Shown here: positions 28,721-43,406 of the stretch, piece after piece
Position numbering within the stretch: position 1 is the stretch's first letter
Layout: each line of letters starts with the position of its first letter
Made by a program: the position numbers and the translations under genes
Assembly: GCF_009914755.1 (NCBI RefSeq)
Contig: NC_060945.1
Source: the human T2T-CHM13v2.0 reference genome, Homo sapiens
Direction: 5' to 3' (one strand)
Length of the DNA: 64,000 nt
Notes under the pieces: model-generated
Seen by the model: the letters and a program-made list of their open reading frames with translations, nothing else
The model's database searches: none
Told to the model about the DNA's origin: nothing

Positions 28721-30839
28721 ATAGATTGTTCTTTCAAAGCATTCAACACTTCTAGAAGTCAACTTGGAAATATTAGCAAAGTTTTTAAAGTATCCTTAAT
28801 ACTACCACATAACACCACTGATAGGAATTTACCCTAAAAATACAATCAGTTTCACCCAAAGATCTCTTCTTCCTAATAGCAGAAAATCAAAAGCATCATG
28901 AATGCTCAGCAATAGGAGATTATTTCTGTATTATCATATTATCATTGAAACCATTATTTAAAATGTACACTCATATGTAAAATGATAAGCAACCTATTGA
29001 TATATCTATATTCATGTAATAAGAAAGGCAAAACAATAGTGTTAATAGTGATTTGCACTAAAATCACTTGGGAATTATTATAAAGAAAATTATGAGAAGT
29101 TCATAAATTATTTCTATAATCAGAAATGTATGAAAAAAATCAGTTATCTTCAGTACAAACCAAATTGCATATGAAATATACCATCTGAAAATATATATAA
29201 TATTTTATAATTGAAATTGTGCTCCATGAGAGCTGGATTTTCATTTTATTTATATTTGCTTTCTAAGTACCTGAGCCAGTGCTCAACTCATAGAAGATGT
29301 TAAATTAACGTCATATGGGTTAACATATTCTATTGATCAATCAGGAAAAAAATGAACTCTCAGTTTTCCTCTCCTGAAATTCTGCGTTAAGTTTAGTTTA
29401 CTTCTTACAAAGTAAATCACCATATCATAAAACACCCTTCCTCTCTAGTGGGGAAAAAAATGAAATACTATGGGACTCCAATTTTTACTTATTTAAATTT
29501 TATCCTTCCAAAATATAAAAGAAATGCACCTCATCTTGGCCTAATTCAATTTCAAAAATGATATCTAGTGAAAAGAGTACATCTCAGTCGAGTATGAACG
29601 AAACCCTTTTGACTATACTGAAATCAGGTACAGGTTTGTCTCTTCACTTGCCCTTACTAAAAATAACTATTCTAGTCTGTTCATATTTGTATAACCTTAG
29701 ATAGTAATTTGAAAAATCTAACCCATGGCCATCTATCTTTAAATATGAAAGTAATAAATTCTTCTTAAGCCAACATCATGTAATGAAATAACCTTTTAAA
29801 AGCAATACATAAACAAACTCACACAGAAGATTTTTTCTGACTGGTTTAGAAAAAAGAAAAAAAAAGAACTCACCCTTATCGTTCAAATGAAACAACATAA
29901 GCAGTATAATATTATTATAATACCAAGTATACATTCAGTAAAATTAATTTATATTTTAAGGATTTCTACTCAGTCAGTATTTTTTACAATAATATTTTGT
30001 TCATTGTAACACATTTTCTAAAGCATGAGACTGCTAAATTTATGCATTAGGTCTATGATTTCAAATGCTGTCTCCAAGAACAATAGAAAACATAAATAGA
30101 ATTCATGTGGAAAAGGTAAGCTAATGGAAGTTGACCTACGTATTTCTGAATTATTTCACTAGCTGCTCTTCATACAGTATCTGACATCATTGTGAAAACA
30201 ATCTCTCTCAGCTGTAGGCACAAGATGATGTCTCCAGAAATACCATTTAAACCAAGAAGTTTCATGTAATAACAAAAGCTTATAGATAAAACACACAAAA
30301 TGCTCCAAGTTATTCCAGAAAACTTAGATGTTGATGTCTTCATCAAGAGAAAAGCATAAGAAAAAAACAGATCTTAAACCAGAAACTAGTTTAGTCACTA
30401 CAGTGCAGAATAGAGCATTTTTGGTGTCTATAAATTTTATATTTCCCACAGGGATTTCCAAGATAAAAGAATGAGAATCACAATTCTTTGAAGAAGAGGA
30501 ATGACCCATTTCAAAATTCTCTATTCCTTGGCAAAGTTCAATAACACAGAAGAAAAAAAATAAGAAATGGAGCCCAGTTACCATTGTGTGACTACAGCAT
30601 TCATCTCTTATCTCTGCTGAACTCCTATTCTCATTTCATGTCCTCTTAAAAACAAGAATTAGACTCTTACCAACTCTATCACAGGATCTGAAAACTAAAG
30701 ACCTATAGAATCTACAACTTTATATTTTTGTTAAGAAAAAAGAAATACTCTGTCACAACTATATTCTCCAGAGGACTGAAGCTGTTAAAGTCCAAGGAGT
30801 TATTATTATTGTACTCTATTCCACAACTTCTAAAATTCA

Positions 30840-31284
30840 TGATTTCTTTATTTATTAATTTAATAAGTATCTATAAAGTGCCTGCAATATGCTGAAATCT
30901 GCCCTACACTAGAAATACAGTAGTTAAAAAATACAGAGTAAAATACACCAAAAATAATAATCATCACCATAAGTAAATTACATAATATGTTAAAAGTAGG
31001 TAAGTGTGCCTTTTTTTAAGTACAAAAACAAGTCCAAGGGAAGGGTTAGAATTTTAAAAAGGAATTACTATGGTAATGTTCCCCAATAACAGGACAATTG
31101 GACAAGAAAAGAGGAGATGAAATAAGCCATGTAGCTATCTGATGGAAAAGCATTCTAGGCAGAGGAAACAACTAATGCAAAGTCTAGAAGGTGGGGACAT
31201 GCTGGCAGGTGAGCAAGTGAGAGAGTACAGAGAGATGAAGCTGGGAAGATAAAAGAGCACAGATCATATAGGACTTTGTAGACC
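30840..31284 (-). mobile_element. L2 relic
   Basis: aagcattctaggcagaggaaacaac…agatcatataggactttgtagacc. Confidence 0.7.
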
Positions 31285-31668
31285 TTTCATCAGGATGAGG
31301 ACGTTTCTTTCCATTCCTTGTAGGCTGAGAGATTTTATCATGAATGAATGTTGAGTTTTATATAATACTTTTTCTACATCTATAGGGATGAACATGTTTT
31401 CTTTTCTTTTTAAGACTGCTGATATGGTATATTAAAGGCATTGATTTTGATGAGGAAATTATCTTGCATTCCTGGCATAAGCCCTATTTGGCCAGGATAC
31501 ATATTTTAAAATACATTTCTGGATTCAATATGTTTAAATTTCTTAAGAAATTTTTATCTACATTTATGAAGGATAATGACTGTAATTTTCATTTCTTATA
31601 TCTTTGTTTTTTAAAAAAGTCAGAGTGATACCAGTCTCAGAAAAAGAGTTTTAAAGTGTTCCTGTCTC

Positions 31669-32228
31669 AAACATCATTCAACCCATCAATTCCATTAATG
31701 AGCATATACCCAAAGGAATATACATTGTTCTATTATAAAGATACATGCATGCATATATTCATTGCAGCACTGGTCACAATAGCAAAGACATGAAATCCAC
31801 CTAAGTGCCCATCAATGATAGACTGGATAAAGAAAATGTGGCACATATACACGAAGAAATACTATGCATCCATAAAAAGGAATGAGATCATGTCCTTTGC
31901 AGGGACATGAATGGAGTGGAGGCCATTATCCTTAGCAAACTAATCAGGAACAGGAAACCAAATACTGCATGTTCTCTCTTATAAGAGCTAAATGATGAAA
32001 ACACATGGACACATAGAGGGGAATAAGGCACACTGGGGCCTATTGGAGGGTGGAGAGTGGGAGGAGGAAGAGGATCAGGAAAAAAATAATCAATGGATAC
32101 TAGCCTTAATACCTGAGTGATGAAATAATCTGTACAACAAACCCCCATGAAACATGTTTACCTATGTAACAAATCTACACATCATGCCCATATACCCCTA
32201 AACTTAAAATAAGAGTTAAAAAAAAAAC
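31669..32228 (+). mobile_element. L1PA (L1PA13-like) 3' fragment
   Basis: gaggatcaggaaaaa…gatgaaataatctgtacaacaaacccccatga; poly-A. Decayed TSD aagtgttcctgtctc / aagtatttctgcctc. Confidence 0.9.
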
Positions 32229-32612
32229 AAGTATTTCTGCCTCTTCTATTCTTTTGAAGCATTTGTGTAGAATTTGTGTGGAATTACGTAGAATTTTAAG
32301 GTGTTAAGCTTGTGGTAACCTGTTACACAGCAATAAAAAAACTAATATATTTTGTATGCTTTCAATTTATTGTAATTTTGAAAATTAAGATTCAGTACAT
32401 TGTCAACTTTAATGTTTCATGTGCATTGAAAATCATGTGAGTGTAGTAATCGTTGCATAGATTGTTCTATAAATATCAATTGTATGAAGTTGGATGATAG
32501 TGTTGTTCAAGTCTTCTATATTCTTCCTGATATTTTTATCTATTTGTCCTATTAATCATTGATAAAAGAGTTTTGAAGTTGCCAACTACCTAGTGATAAA
32601 TTTTTCTCGTTC

Positions 32613-33001
32613 TGTATCAGTCTGGTCAGGCTGCCATAACAAAATACCATAGACTAAGTGAATTAAACAACAGAGACATATTTTCTCAAAAGTTCAGATG
32701 ACTAGAAGTCCAGGATCAAGGTGCCAGCATGGTTAGTTTCTGATGAAGTCTTCTATCTCAGATTAAAGACAGTCACTTTTTCACTGTGTCCTCACACTGC
32801 TTTTCCTCAGTGCACGTGTGCAGAGAGAGTGAAAGAGAAAGCTCTCTGTGTCTCTTCTTAAAAGGAAACGAATCATATCAGATCAGGATCCTGTTCTGAC
32901 CTCAACCTTACTTCCATAGAGGCCTCATTTCCTAGCACAGCCACACTGAGAGTTAATGTTTCAAAATATAAAATTTTGGGAGACAAATTCAGTCTATAAC
33001 A
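32613..33001 (-). mobile_element. MLT1B-like solo LTR
   Basis: tgtatcagtctg…ggctgccataacaaaataccatagact…aattcagtctataaca. Confidence 0.85.
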
Positions 33002-33080
33002 AGAGCTCCTTTCAGTTCTATAAATGTTACTTTATTTATTTTGAAGCTTTATTACTGAGACCTTAAAATTTTAGAGTTGT

Positions 33081-36000
33081 AGAGCACAGTAACCTCAGCA
33101 AGATGGTGAACTAGGAAGCTCCAGGCTCTCATTTTCTCATAGGGATACCAAGTTAGCAAATAAATACAGAGAATAACAACTTTGCAAAAACTCTAGAGAG
33201 ACCAGTTAAGAAGTTGTTAGACCCAGTTCAATGTATAACCAAGAAAGGATTCCCGTGAAAGAGGCAGGAAAATGTGCAGCATTTCGCAAAACCATATATG
33301 CCCTACCTTTCTTCAGCCTAACACACTCCAATCTAGAGGAAACCTTCCACACCAGGGATTCTCCCTTTGAACAGAAATAAAAGAGTGGGCCATTGTTCTG
33401 ACTAGTCTGGGGCTCCCCAAAGAACTGGTATCTGTCTCACCTGACTCAGAACAATGATAAGGCTGTAGATCTTTTTGGAAGTCTATGAAAACAGGCACAA
33501 TGAAGGCAGCATGTTAGAGATATAATTCCACAGGAAGATGCCAGGTAAAACAAAAGAGAAAAAGCAGGAACAAGCTGATTAGGAAATTTGTGATGACTAA
33601 AAGTATATACACAAGCCCAAATAAGATACTCCAAAGATGTTTGATAGGTTCTAGATCTCTAGATATACTGCTCAATGAAAGTGTCCCCCTGAACAAAGCC
33701 AGTCTGCAAAGACTGGGTGAGATGATTTTTTTTAAATGTCAAGTCTCAGCAACAACAAAAATGACAAGACATGCACAGAAGCAAGAAAATATAACACAAT
33801 CAAAGAAAAAAAAGCCACAGAAATCAGTCCTAGAGAAAACCGATCTATGAGCTGCCTGACAATAATTATAAAATAACTATCATAAAAATGCCCAGTGAGA
33901 TATAAGAAAACACAGACAACTAAATGAATCAGGAAAATGATGCATGAACAAAATGGGCATATCAACAGAGATGGAAATGACAAAGATAAACAAACAGAAA
34001 TTTTGGAGCTTAAAAATACAGTAAGTAAAGTGAATAATTCACTAAAAATATTCAATAGCAGACTAGATCAGGCAGAAGAAAATATCAATGAACTTGAAGA
34101 CAGATCATCAAGTCAGAGGAACAACAGCAACAAAAAAGAATGAAAAAAGTGAAGACAGCCTAAGGGACTTAGGAGTCAGTACCAAGGAAATCAATATATA
34201 CGTTATAGATGTATCAGAAGAAAAAGGGAGAAAAATGAAAAGAAAGCATATTTGAAAAAATAATAGCTGAAGAATTCTCAATTTCAAAGAGAGAAATTGA
34301 TATACAAATTCAAGAAGTTCAAAAGACTCTAGCCATAATAAATCTAAAGAGACTCACACTAAGACATATTATCATCAAACTGTCAAAATCAAAGACAAAG
34401 AATTGTGAAATCTGCCAAGGAAAAGTGACTCATCACACATAAGAGATATAACATAAGATTGTCACAGGATTTCTGAACAGACACTTTGCAGGTCAGAGGG
34501 AAGTAGGGTGACATATTCCAGGTGCTGAAAGAAGAAAACACCCTGCCAACCAAGAATATGGCATCCAGAAAAACTTTCCTAGAAGAATGAAGGAGAAATT
34601 TAGACTTTCCCAAATAAACAAAAGCTGAGGGAGTTCATTACTACCAGACCTGCTCTGCAAAATGCTAAAGAGAAACCTTCAGGTGAAACAAAAAGATGCT
34701 AGACAGTAACACAAAACCACTCATAAATAACTTCTTCAGTAAAAATAATACATCGACAAATATGGTAACCTGTATTAATACTGGTGCACAAATTCACTTT
34801 CAAATTTTATAAATAAGAATTTAAAGGATGAAAACATCTAAAACTAACTATAAATCTATATAATGAATATACAATATATAAAAAAATTTGTGATCACAAT
34901 AACATAAAATGGGGGAGGTAGAGCTGTATAGGGGTAGAGCTTTTGTATGCAATTGAAATTACCATCAGTTTAAACTGAACTGTTATAACATTAAGATGTT
35001 TTATGTAATTGCAATGGTAACTATATTCTATAGAATATATTAAAAAGAAAAAGAAAATAGGAAGGGAATCAAAGCATGTCCTTGTAAAAAAGTCAATGAA
35101 AGCAAAAGAAAGGCAGAAAGAGTGAAAAGGAGGAATAAAAAGTTATAAGACATAAAAAAAATGAAAATAGTAATAGTCCTGCCATATCAGTAATTACATT
35201 AAATATAAATGGATTAAACTCCCTAATCAAATCATAGATTGGTTTGCAAGAACTAACTTTACAATTAAAGACACACAGCTGACGGTGAAGGGAGAAAAAA
35301 AACTTCCATGCAGTGACCAAAATAGAGGAGGGTGGCTGTATTACTGTCAGACAAAATAAAATTTAAGTCAAAAACTGTGACAAGAGTAAAAGAAGGGCAT
35401 TATACAGTTAAAAAAGTAAATTCGCCAGGCAGACACAACAATTATAAATATCAATACATAAAAATAAGAGCTCCTAAATATATGCAGCAAACAGACATAA
35501 TTGAAGAAAGAAATAAATAGCTAAAATGGTAGAAGACTTTAATACCCCCACTTACAATAATGTATAAAATAACAAGACAGAATGTAAATAAAAATGTAGA
35601 GAATTTGAGCAACACTGTAGACCAATTGGACCTAATAAATATACTCAGAATAATCCATCCAACCAAAGCAGAAACAGAATATACATTCTTTTCAAGTACA
35701 CATTTGACATTCTCTGGGATTAACTACATGTTATGCAACAAACAAGTCTCAACAATGTTTAAAAGTCTGATATTACACAAAGTATTGTTTCTGATGACGA
35801 TGGAAAGAACCTAGAAGCCAATAGCAAAAAGAAAATAGAAAATCCACACATATGTGGAAATTAAACTACATGCAATTAAGCAAAGGGCCAAAGAAGAAGA
35901 AGAAAAAAGAAAACACCGTGAAACAAATAAAAACAAAAATACAGCATATGAAAATGCATGGGATGCAGCAAAAGTGATGGTAAGAGAAATGTTTATAGTT

Positions 36001-39000
36001 ATAAATGCAAACCTTAAAAAAGAAGAAAGAAAACAAAAATACTCAAATTAACAACTTTACAAGTCAAGAAGGTAGAGAAAAAAGAACAAACTATACCAAA
36101 AGCTAACACAGAAAGAAAAGAATAAAGATTAAAAACAAAAACAATTTAAAAAATAGCAGAACTAAAAGTTGGTTCTTTGAAAAGATCAACAGAATTGACA
36201 ATTTCTTAGCTACATTAAGAAAAATACAAGACTCAAATAACACAAATCAGTGGTGAAAGGGGGTATTATAACTGATGCCACAGAAATACAAAAGGATCAT
36301 AAGGGACTACTACAAATTGTATGACAACAAATTGAGTAACCTAGGATACCTTGATAAATTCCAAAAAATGCACAATATACTGAATCATGAATACATGACC
36401 CTTATAAATCAAGACTAAATCATAAAGAAATAGAAAATATCAACAGACCAATAATTAGTAAGGAGAATAAACTAGTAATCAGAAACCTCCCAACAAAGAA
36501 AAGCTTAGGACCAAATGGCTTTACTGGAGAATTCTACCAACCATTAAAAGGATAATTAAGACCAATCTTCCTCAAACTTTTAAAACAAATGTTAAAGAGG
36601 AGGAAACTCTTTCAATCTCATTCATAAGGTCAGCATTATCCTTATACCAAAACCAGACAAAGACACTATTAAAAAAACTTAGACCAATATCCCTGATGAA
36701 TTTCGATGCAAGAATCCTCAGCAAAATACTATCAAACAATTCAACAGCATACTTAAATGATTATATGCTGTAATCAAGATGCATTTATTCTTTGAATGCA
36801 AGTGTAATTCAACACATAAAATTCAATCAATGTAATACACCACATTAACAGAATGAGAGACAAAAACCACATAATTATATCAACTGATGCAGAAAAAAAT
36901 CTGACACAGTTCAACACCTTTTGTGATAAAAACACTCAACAAACTAGGAAAAGAAGGAAACAACTTTAACACATCATATGCTCACTGATGAAAATCTACA
37001 AGTTCTTTATAAAAGATCAGGAACAAGACAATAATCTGCATTGTTACCACTTCTATTATACGTAGTATTGGAAGTTCTAATCAGAGCAAATTAGGCAAGA
37101 AAAATAAATAAAAGGCATCCAAAGTGGAAAGGAAGTAAAATAATCTCTTTTTACAGATGATATAACCTTAGAATTAGAAAATCCTAAAAATTTCACATAC
37201 CAAGAAAAAGCGTGTTAAAATTAATAAGTAAATTCAGCAAGTTGACTGATACAAAATCAACACAGAAAGCTCAGTTGTGTGTCTGTGTGTCTCATACACT
37301 AACAATGAACAATCTGAAAAGGAGATTAAGAAAACAATTTCATTTACAATAGCATCAGGAAAAAAAATAAATACTTAGGAACAAACTTAACCAAGGGGTT
37401 GGAATTCCTGTATACTGAAAACTACAAATATTGCCAAAAGAAAATAAAGGAGACACAAATAAGTGATATGTTTTTAATATGTCCACCCAAAGTGATCTTC
37501 AGATTCAATGAAATCCCTATCAAAGTTATAATGGCATTTTTCTGCAGGAATGTAAAAATTTATCCTAAAATTCATATAGAATCTCTAGGTACCCTGAGGG
37601 CCAAACAATTTTGAGAAAAAAAAAAGAACAAAATTGGAGGACTCACACTTCCAGATTACAAGAATATTTACAAATTACATATTTACAAAAAAAATTACAA
37701 AGCCACAATAATCAAAACAACGTGGGATTTGCATAAAGGCAGATATATAGACCAGTGGAATAGTATTGAGAGTCCAGAAATAAACCCTTAGGTATATCAT
37801 CAAATGACATTTGACAAAGTGCTGGTACCACTCAATGGGAATGGGACAATTTGTTCAACAAATAGAGCAAAGAAAACTAAACATCCATGTGCAAAAGAAT
37901 AAATCTGGACCCTTATATTACACTATAGACAAAATTAATTCAAAATGGATTAAAGATCTAAATGAAAGATCTAAAACTATAAAACTCCTAGGAGAAAACA
38001 GAGGAAAAATTTCATGCTAATTTGGCAACATTTTGTGATGTGACACCAAAAGCAGAGTCAATAAAAGCAAAAATTAGACAGATGGAAATCCATCATAGTT
38101 TATAACTTTTGGTCATTAAAGAACAGTCAACAGAGTGAAAAGGCAATCTATAAAATGGGGGAAAAACAGAAAATATGTGCAAATCACAGATATCTGATAG
38201 GGGATTCATATCCAGAATAAATAAAGAACTCCTATATCTCAACAACAAAAAATCTAATCCAATCAAAAAATGGGCCAAGGGAGTGAAGATACATTTCTCC
38301 AAAGATGTTATACAAATGGCCAGGAAGCATATGAAAAGATGTTCAATGTCACTAATCATCAGAGAAATGCAAATCAAAACCACAGTGCAATATCACTTCA
38401 CATTCATTAGAATGGCTTCTGTCATGAACAACAGAAAATAACAAGTGTTGATGAGTGTGTAGAGAAATTGAGACCTTTATATAATTTTGGCAGAAATTCA
38501 AAATGGTGCAACCACTATAAAAAATGATATGGAGGTCCTCAAAAAATTAAAAATAGAACTACCATATGATCCACAATCCCACCTCTGGGTACATATTCAA
38601 AAGAATTGAAAGCAGGGTGTTGAAGATATATTTGCACACTCTTTATAGCAGCACTGTTCACAATAGCCAAGAGATGAAAGTAACCCAAAGGTTCATGAAG
38701 CAATGAATAAACAAAATATATTATGTACATAGAGTAAAATACTGTGCAGCTTTAAAGAGAAAGGAAATCTTATACTATGCTACAACATGAATGGAACTTT
38801 AGGGCATTATAGTAAGTAAAATAAGCCAGTTTTTTTTAAAGGACAAATAAACACTATACGATTCTACTTAAGTATTTAATGTTGTCAAATTTATAAATAT
38901 AGAATGTAGAATAGTGGTTACCCTGAGCTGGGGGAAAGGGGCAAAGGGGAATTGTTATTTTAATGGGTATAGTTTCAGTTCTGCAAAATGAAAAGGTTCT

Positions 39001-39073
39001 GGAAATCTGTTTCACAATGTTGTAAATATAATTACTCTGAAATTGTACACTTAAAAATGGTTAAGATGACAAA
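33081..39073 (+). mobile_element. Near-full-length L1MB2-like LINE (5'UTR, ORF1, ORF2, 3'UTR), inactive
   Basis: ORF1 coiled-coil peptide EILELKNT…NSRLDQAEENINELEDRS; endonuclease peptides AVLLSDKIKFKSKTVTR and EYTFFSSTH; RT F(T)DD at ~37150; C-terminal [20 protein letters not shown]. Flanked by tagagttgt at 33072-33080 and 39074-39082. Confidence 0.92.
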
Positions 39074-40535
39074 TAGAGTTGTGATGTCTTCTTTTGTTAT
39101 TATATAGAAAAACTTTTTCATATGATAATAGTCTTTGTTTTTAAGCTGACTTTGCTGATATTAATATAATCCTTCCATTTTTCTTTAAAATGCTATATGC
39201 TTTCACATAATTTTGCTTTACGTTGATGTATTTATACATAAGGTGGGTTTCTTATAGATACCACGTTGTGTGTCTTTTTTATCTAAGTTGATAGACTTGC
39301 CTTTTGTTAGGGTATTTAAATAATTTATATTTAATGTAATTATTGATATAGTTGAGTGTGTTGATTTTTGTTTTCTATTTGCTCCATCTGTTGTTGGTTC
39401 TCATTATTCCTCTGTTTCTACCTTCTTTTGTACTAATTATTATATTTTATTATTTTTCATCTCAACTGTTGGCTTATTAGCCACATTGCTTTTAAAATTT
39501 TTAATGATTGCTCTAGGGTTTATAATAAACAAAATGTTAGCATTTTCTACCATCAAATATTTTTACACTATTCATGTATACTTCAATTTCTTTCTTCCCA
39601 TCCTTTGAACTATATCTTCATACATTTTACTCTACATTTGTTATAACTCAGTGCTTTGAAAGTCAATTATTTTTGTCTTTGACAGTCAATGATTTTTAAA
39701 GAGTTTAACAGTGAAAAAAAATGGCTTTCATCTTTTTCCATTAGATTTCATACTCCTTCTGCCTGAAGAATTTCTTTTAATAGACCTTGTACTGCGGGTC
39801 TCAGGCAAGAAATTCTCTCAGCCTTTGTTGGTTTGAAAAACTGCTTATTACACCTTTGTTTTTGAAAGATATTTTCACTAGGTATAGAAGTCTGGGTTGA
39901 CAGTTCTCATTGTTTGTCACAGCATTTTTAAGATGCCCATTCAATTGTCTTGTCTTGTATAATTTTGGATTAGTCTGGTGTATTTCTTACCTTTGTTCCT
40001 CTCTGTGCAATGCTTCAACCATCCCACTTCAGGCTGCCTTTAAGATGTTTTCTTTTCCCTTAATCTTTAGTTTTTAGCTGGTTGACAGTGACGCATCTAA
40101 GTGTAGTGTATGAGGTTGCTTTTATTGTCACTGTTGTTGTTTCTTTTGTTTTGTTTTGATTTTTTTTAGGGGTATCTAGTCTTTTTAGACCTGTAGCTTC
40201 TCATCTTTCACTAATTTTGAAAAATGTGACTTGCATTATACATATACTCTCTGTCCCTTCACTGTCTGCCTACTAGATTTGTCTCCTGTCTTTGGATCAA
40301 TTTTCTTGACCCAGATCTCAGATTTTCTCACAGTATGGGCTCAAGTCTTGGCTCACACGTCTAAATTCAGCCACTTCTTAGTATAACTGCTTTTTGAATC
40401 TCAGTTAGTGCATGAGATGCACAGGTTTCCAGAGAATTATTTAACCCCGAAAGAATATCATAGCTACATGCTGAGGTTGCTGGAAAAAAAAAAAAAATCA
40501 CATTCTCAAATCCTTATTAGATGACATAATATTCA

Positions 40536-40839
40536 GGCCGGGTGCGGCGGCTCATGCCTGTAATCCCAGCACTTTGGGAGGCCGAGGCAGGCAGATCCCC
40601 TGAAGTCAGGAGTTCGAGACCAACCTGGTCAACATGGTGAAAACCCATCCTACAAAAAATACAAAAATTAGCCAGGCATGGTGGCAGGTACCTGTAATCC
40701 CACCTACTCAGGAGGCTGAGGCACGAGAATCACTTGAGCCCGGGAGGTGGAGGTTTCAGTAAGCCGAGATCGTATCACTGCACTCCAGACTGGGTGACAG
40801 AGAGAGACTCCGTCTCAAAAAAAAAAAAAAAAAAAAAAA
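40536..40839 (+). mobile_element. AluSx-like, full length
   Basis: ggccgggtgcgg…poly-A. Decayed TSD agatgacataat / aggtgacctaat. Confidence 0.96.
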
Positions 40840-43009
40840 GGTGACCTAATCTTTTTCAAGGGATCTGCTAATTTTATGTATTCAAATTGGCCAAAGCCCT
40901 TTTTGTATAATCTACATAACTGATGACTATTTTCTAAAAGCCCATGAATAGAGAAATCAGTTGCTATCCTAGGAATGACTGGAATTTATCACCAAATATT
41001 GATATCCAAAGGGAGAGGTTAGGTTATGCTTTGAAATAGGTAACCCTATAATCAATGGCTTAGAACAATAAGACTTGCTACTCCTTGTTCTGTTGTCCAT
41101 CACCCTTATTCAAGATCCCACACTGCACTTCAGTGCTTCCACAGTTACCAAGACTGGAAAAAAAGGGATGTGTAGAATTATGCAGTAGATGTTAAATCTT
41201 CTACCTGCAAGTGACACCAATACTTCCACACCCATATTAGTGATCAAAATAAGTCATACAGCAAAATCCAACTTTGAGGGATGCCAAAAGGAGAAATTTT
41301 TGGTGAAAAGCACTAACAAATGACCATAATACTAATTATTAATTTTCCACAAGTTAAAAAACTAGTCACCAAAATTTTCATCATTACCCTAATATAATAA
41401 CAATAATTACTAAATATATGCAATATTATTTTCAATATTTGCTCAGTCAACATCTGTAATTACTATTTTCCTTCCAAAATAAAAAAAAATCCTTATTTTT
41501 TTCTACCTTCTGTATATTCCAATGTTTCATAGGGAATTAAGTTACCTCTGGGACTCTATTTCTTCTGTCTATCATTTTTCTTTTCTTTAAGAAACCAAAG
41601 ATTAATGCCTCTGGGCGTAGCATTTTGTGATCAGATGTTTTAATTTCTTAACTGTCTGTTTCACAAGACACAGCTTTCCTTCAGCGTTTTTATTTTCCTG
41701 CCCTGACAACTGTTTGATTGTTTCTGGCATCTGTTTCTCTGCCTTCCTCACTTAATGTAGACACAAATAAAGCCTTGAGGGTTTGGCAATGCCTCCATCT
41801 GGTACGAATCCATTGCTCTTGCTGTGTTTTATTGCTAGAGACCCTGAAAAATCGTGAGTTACAGGACAATGCATTGACTGGGATCAGACATCCAGAGGGC
41901 AAAATTAATATTTTCTGATTCAACGAGATGTTGGGGAAGGAAACGCATTGTTCAACGTCTGGAACCTATTTTGACAAGCTCCTACTTTAAGGAAAACATT
42001 TCAGAATTGAAAAGTTTGCTAAGGATATTTGCACTTCAGTTCATCTTAAGTAGTTCAGGGCTTAAGATTTATCAGACTTTCTCCATCAGCACTAGTTTTG
42101 GATTTTATTTTAGCTTTTGGAGAGTTAATGATATCATAACCAATTCTTCATTACGCACACACCTTATTCAAATATGTGCACCATCCACTCTGCCTGGTGG
42201 ATGGTGTGTGTGTGTGTGTAACCTCAGCATTGTCTCCTCATGCTTCATAGAGCCAGCCCAACCCAATCTTTTTCGACTACTCTATAGATAGATGGCAAAC
42301 CTAACCTCTGGGAATTATTTCACATGATTTATCTTATTAGCCTTTCCATTTTCTCCCTGTGTATTTCCTCCATATCATTTGATTTTCAATCTAAAACTAG
42401 AAGAAAACATGATGCTTTTATTTCTTAGCTCCTTCTCAAGGGGGCATTTTAACTGATTTCCCAGGGATTTGAGAATATTTTGCAACAGAGTATATTAATC
42501 CTCAGCCACAAAGTAATCTAATGGTTTGGTTTTGCATTTTTATTATTTTTTAAATAACGAGATAAAATAGAAAATCTTCAAAACATTATTCCTAAAGAAA
42601 TAAAAATTAATACTATAAAATATGAACAAAAATTTAGAGTATTTTTATATGAAATTATATACGTGCAATTTTAATAATAAGTTTAATTCTAATTTTTTAC
42701 AACTATTGCATCATATTTTTTAGCATTTGGAAGTGCTTGAGAATCAATGGAGAATTTTATACCAACTTTGACTCATCTTAGGACAATTGTTCATCTTTTA
42801 AAAATTTATGCAGAGTAATTTTCCCTGGCTTGTTTCTTTCCTACAATCATGATTGGTGGATGGAAATATTGTCCCTGACTCCAGACTTGAGATCTGTGGC
42901 TTTCACATCATTGCAGGGACTCAAAAAATTATTCCTCTTCCACCAAACTTTTTTCAATAATAAGTGAAAAACTTTCTGTTTTTCTCCATCATCCACAACC
43001 TGCATGTGA

Positions 43010-43248
43010 ATCTGTCATACCTTTGCAGGACAGTATTCTCATCTAAGGGCCATTTCACTGGCAGTTCCCTCTGCCTCAATATCCACATAGAACAGTCCTT
43101 TTTCCTTTAAGGCTTTGTTCAAAAGCCAGCTTCTCAGGGAGACCTCTCTTATCATGCTTTAAAATTGCTAACTTTTCCCTTTCTCACATATAAACCACGT
43201 CCCCTCTTCCATGCTGCCAATTTTTTTTAAATTGTACCTATCACCATC
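43010..43248 (+). mobile_element. L2 relic (its 3' tail resumes at ~43713-43752)
   Basis: cagttccctctgcc…gccagcttctcagggagacctctc; tail gtgctcaaaaaatgtgtgttaagtcaatgagtgaatgaat. Confidence 0.6.
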
Positions 43249-43406
43249 TGTATCAGTTCAGGTTTTCCAGAAGCAGGCACCAATACAGAGTTAGAAACAC
43301 AACAAATTGATAGAGGGTATTGCCTATGAAAGACAAAGGAGTGTGGCTGCAGGAGTTTGTAGGCGAAGCCTTCAGACCACAATGCAGGTCTGACTTGTTT
43401 TGGTGG
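43249..43406. mobile_element. ERVL LTR fragment (LTR16-like)
   Basis: tgtatcagttcaggttttccagaagcag…gccttcagaccacaatgcaggtctgac. Confidence 0.55.

Larger units (their letters stand above)
31285..40260 (-). mobile_element. Old antisense L1M host, fragmented (about 31285-31668, 32229-32612, 33002-33080, 39083-40260)
   Basis: Collinear reverse-complement L1 ORF2-to-ORF1 sequence resumes on each side of the three nested insertions. Confidence 0.75.

Noticed and set aside
33937-38441. ORFs with real protein similarity
   Set aside because: Frameshifted, stop-riddled remnants of L1 ORF1p/ORF2p, not host genes.
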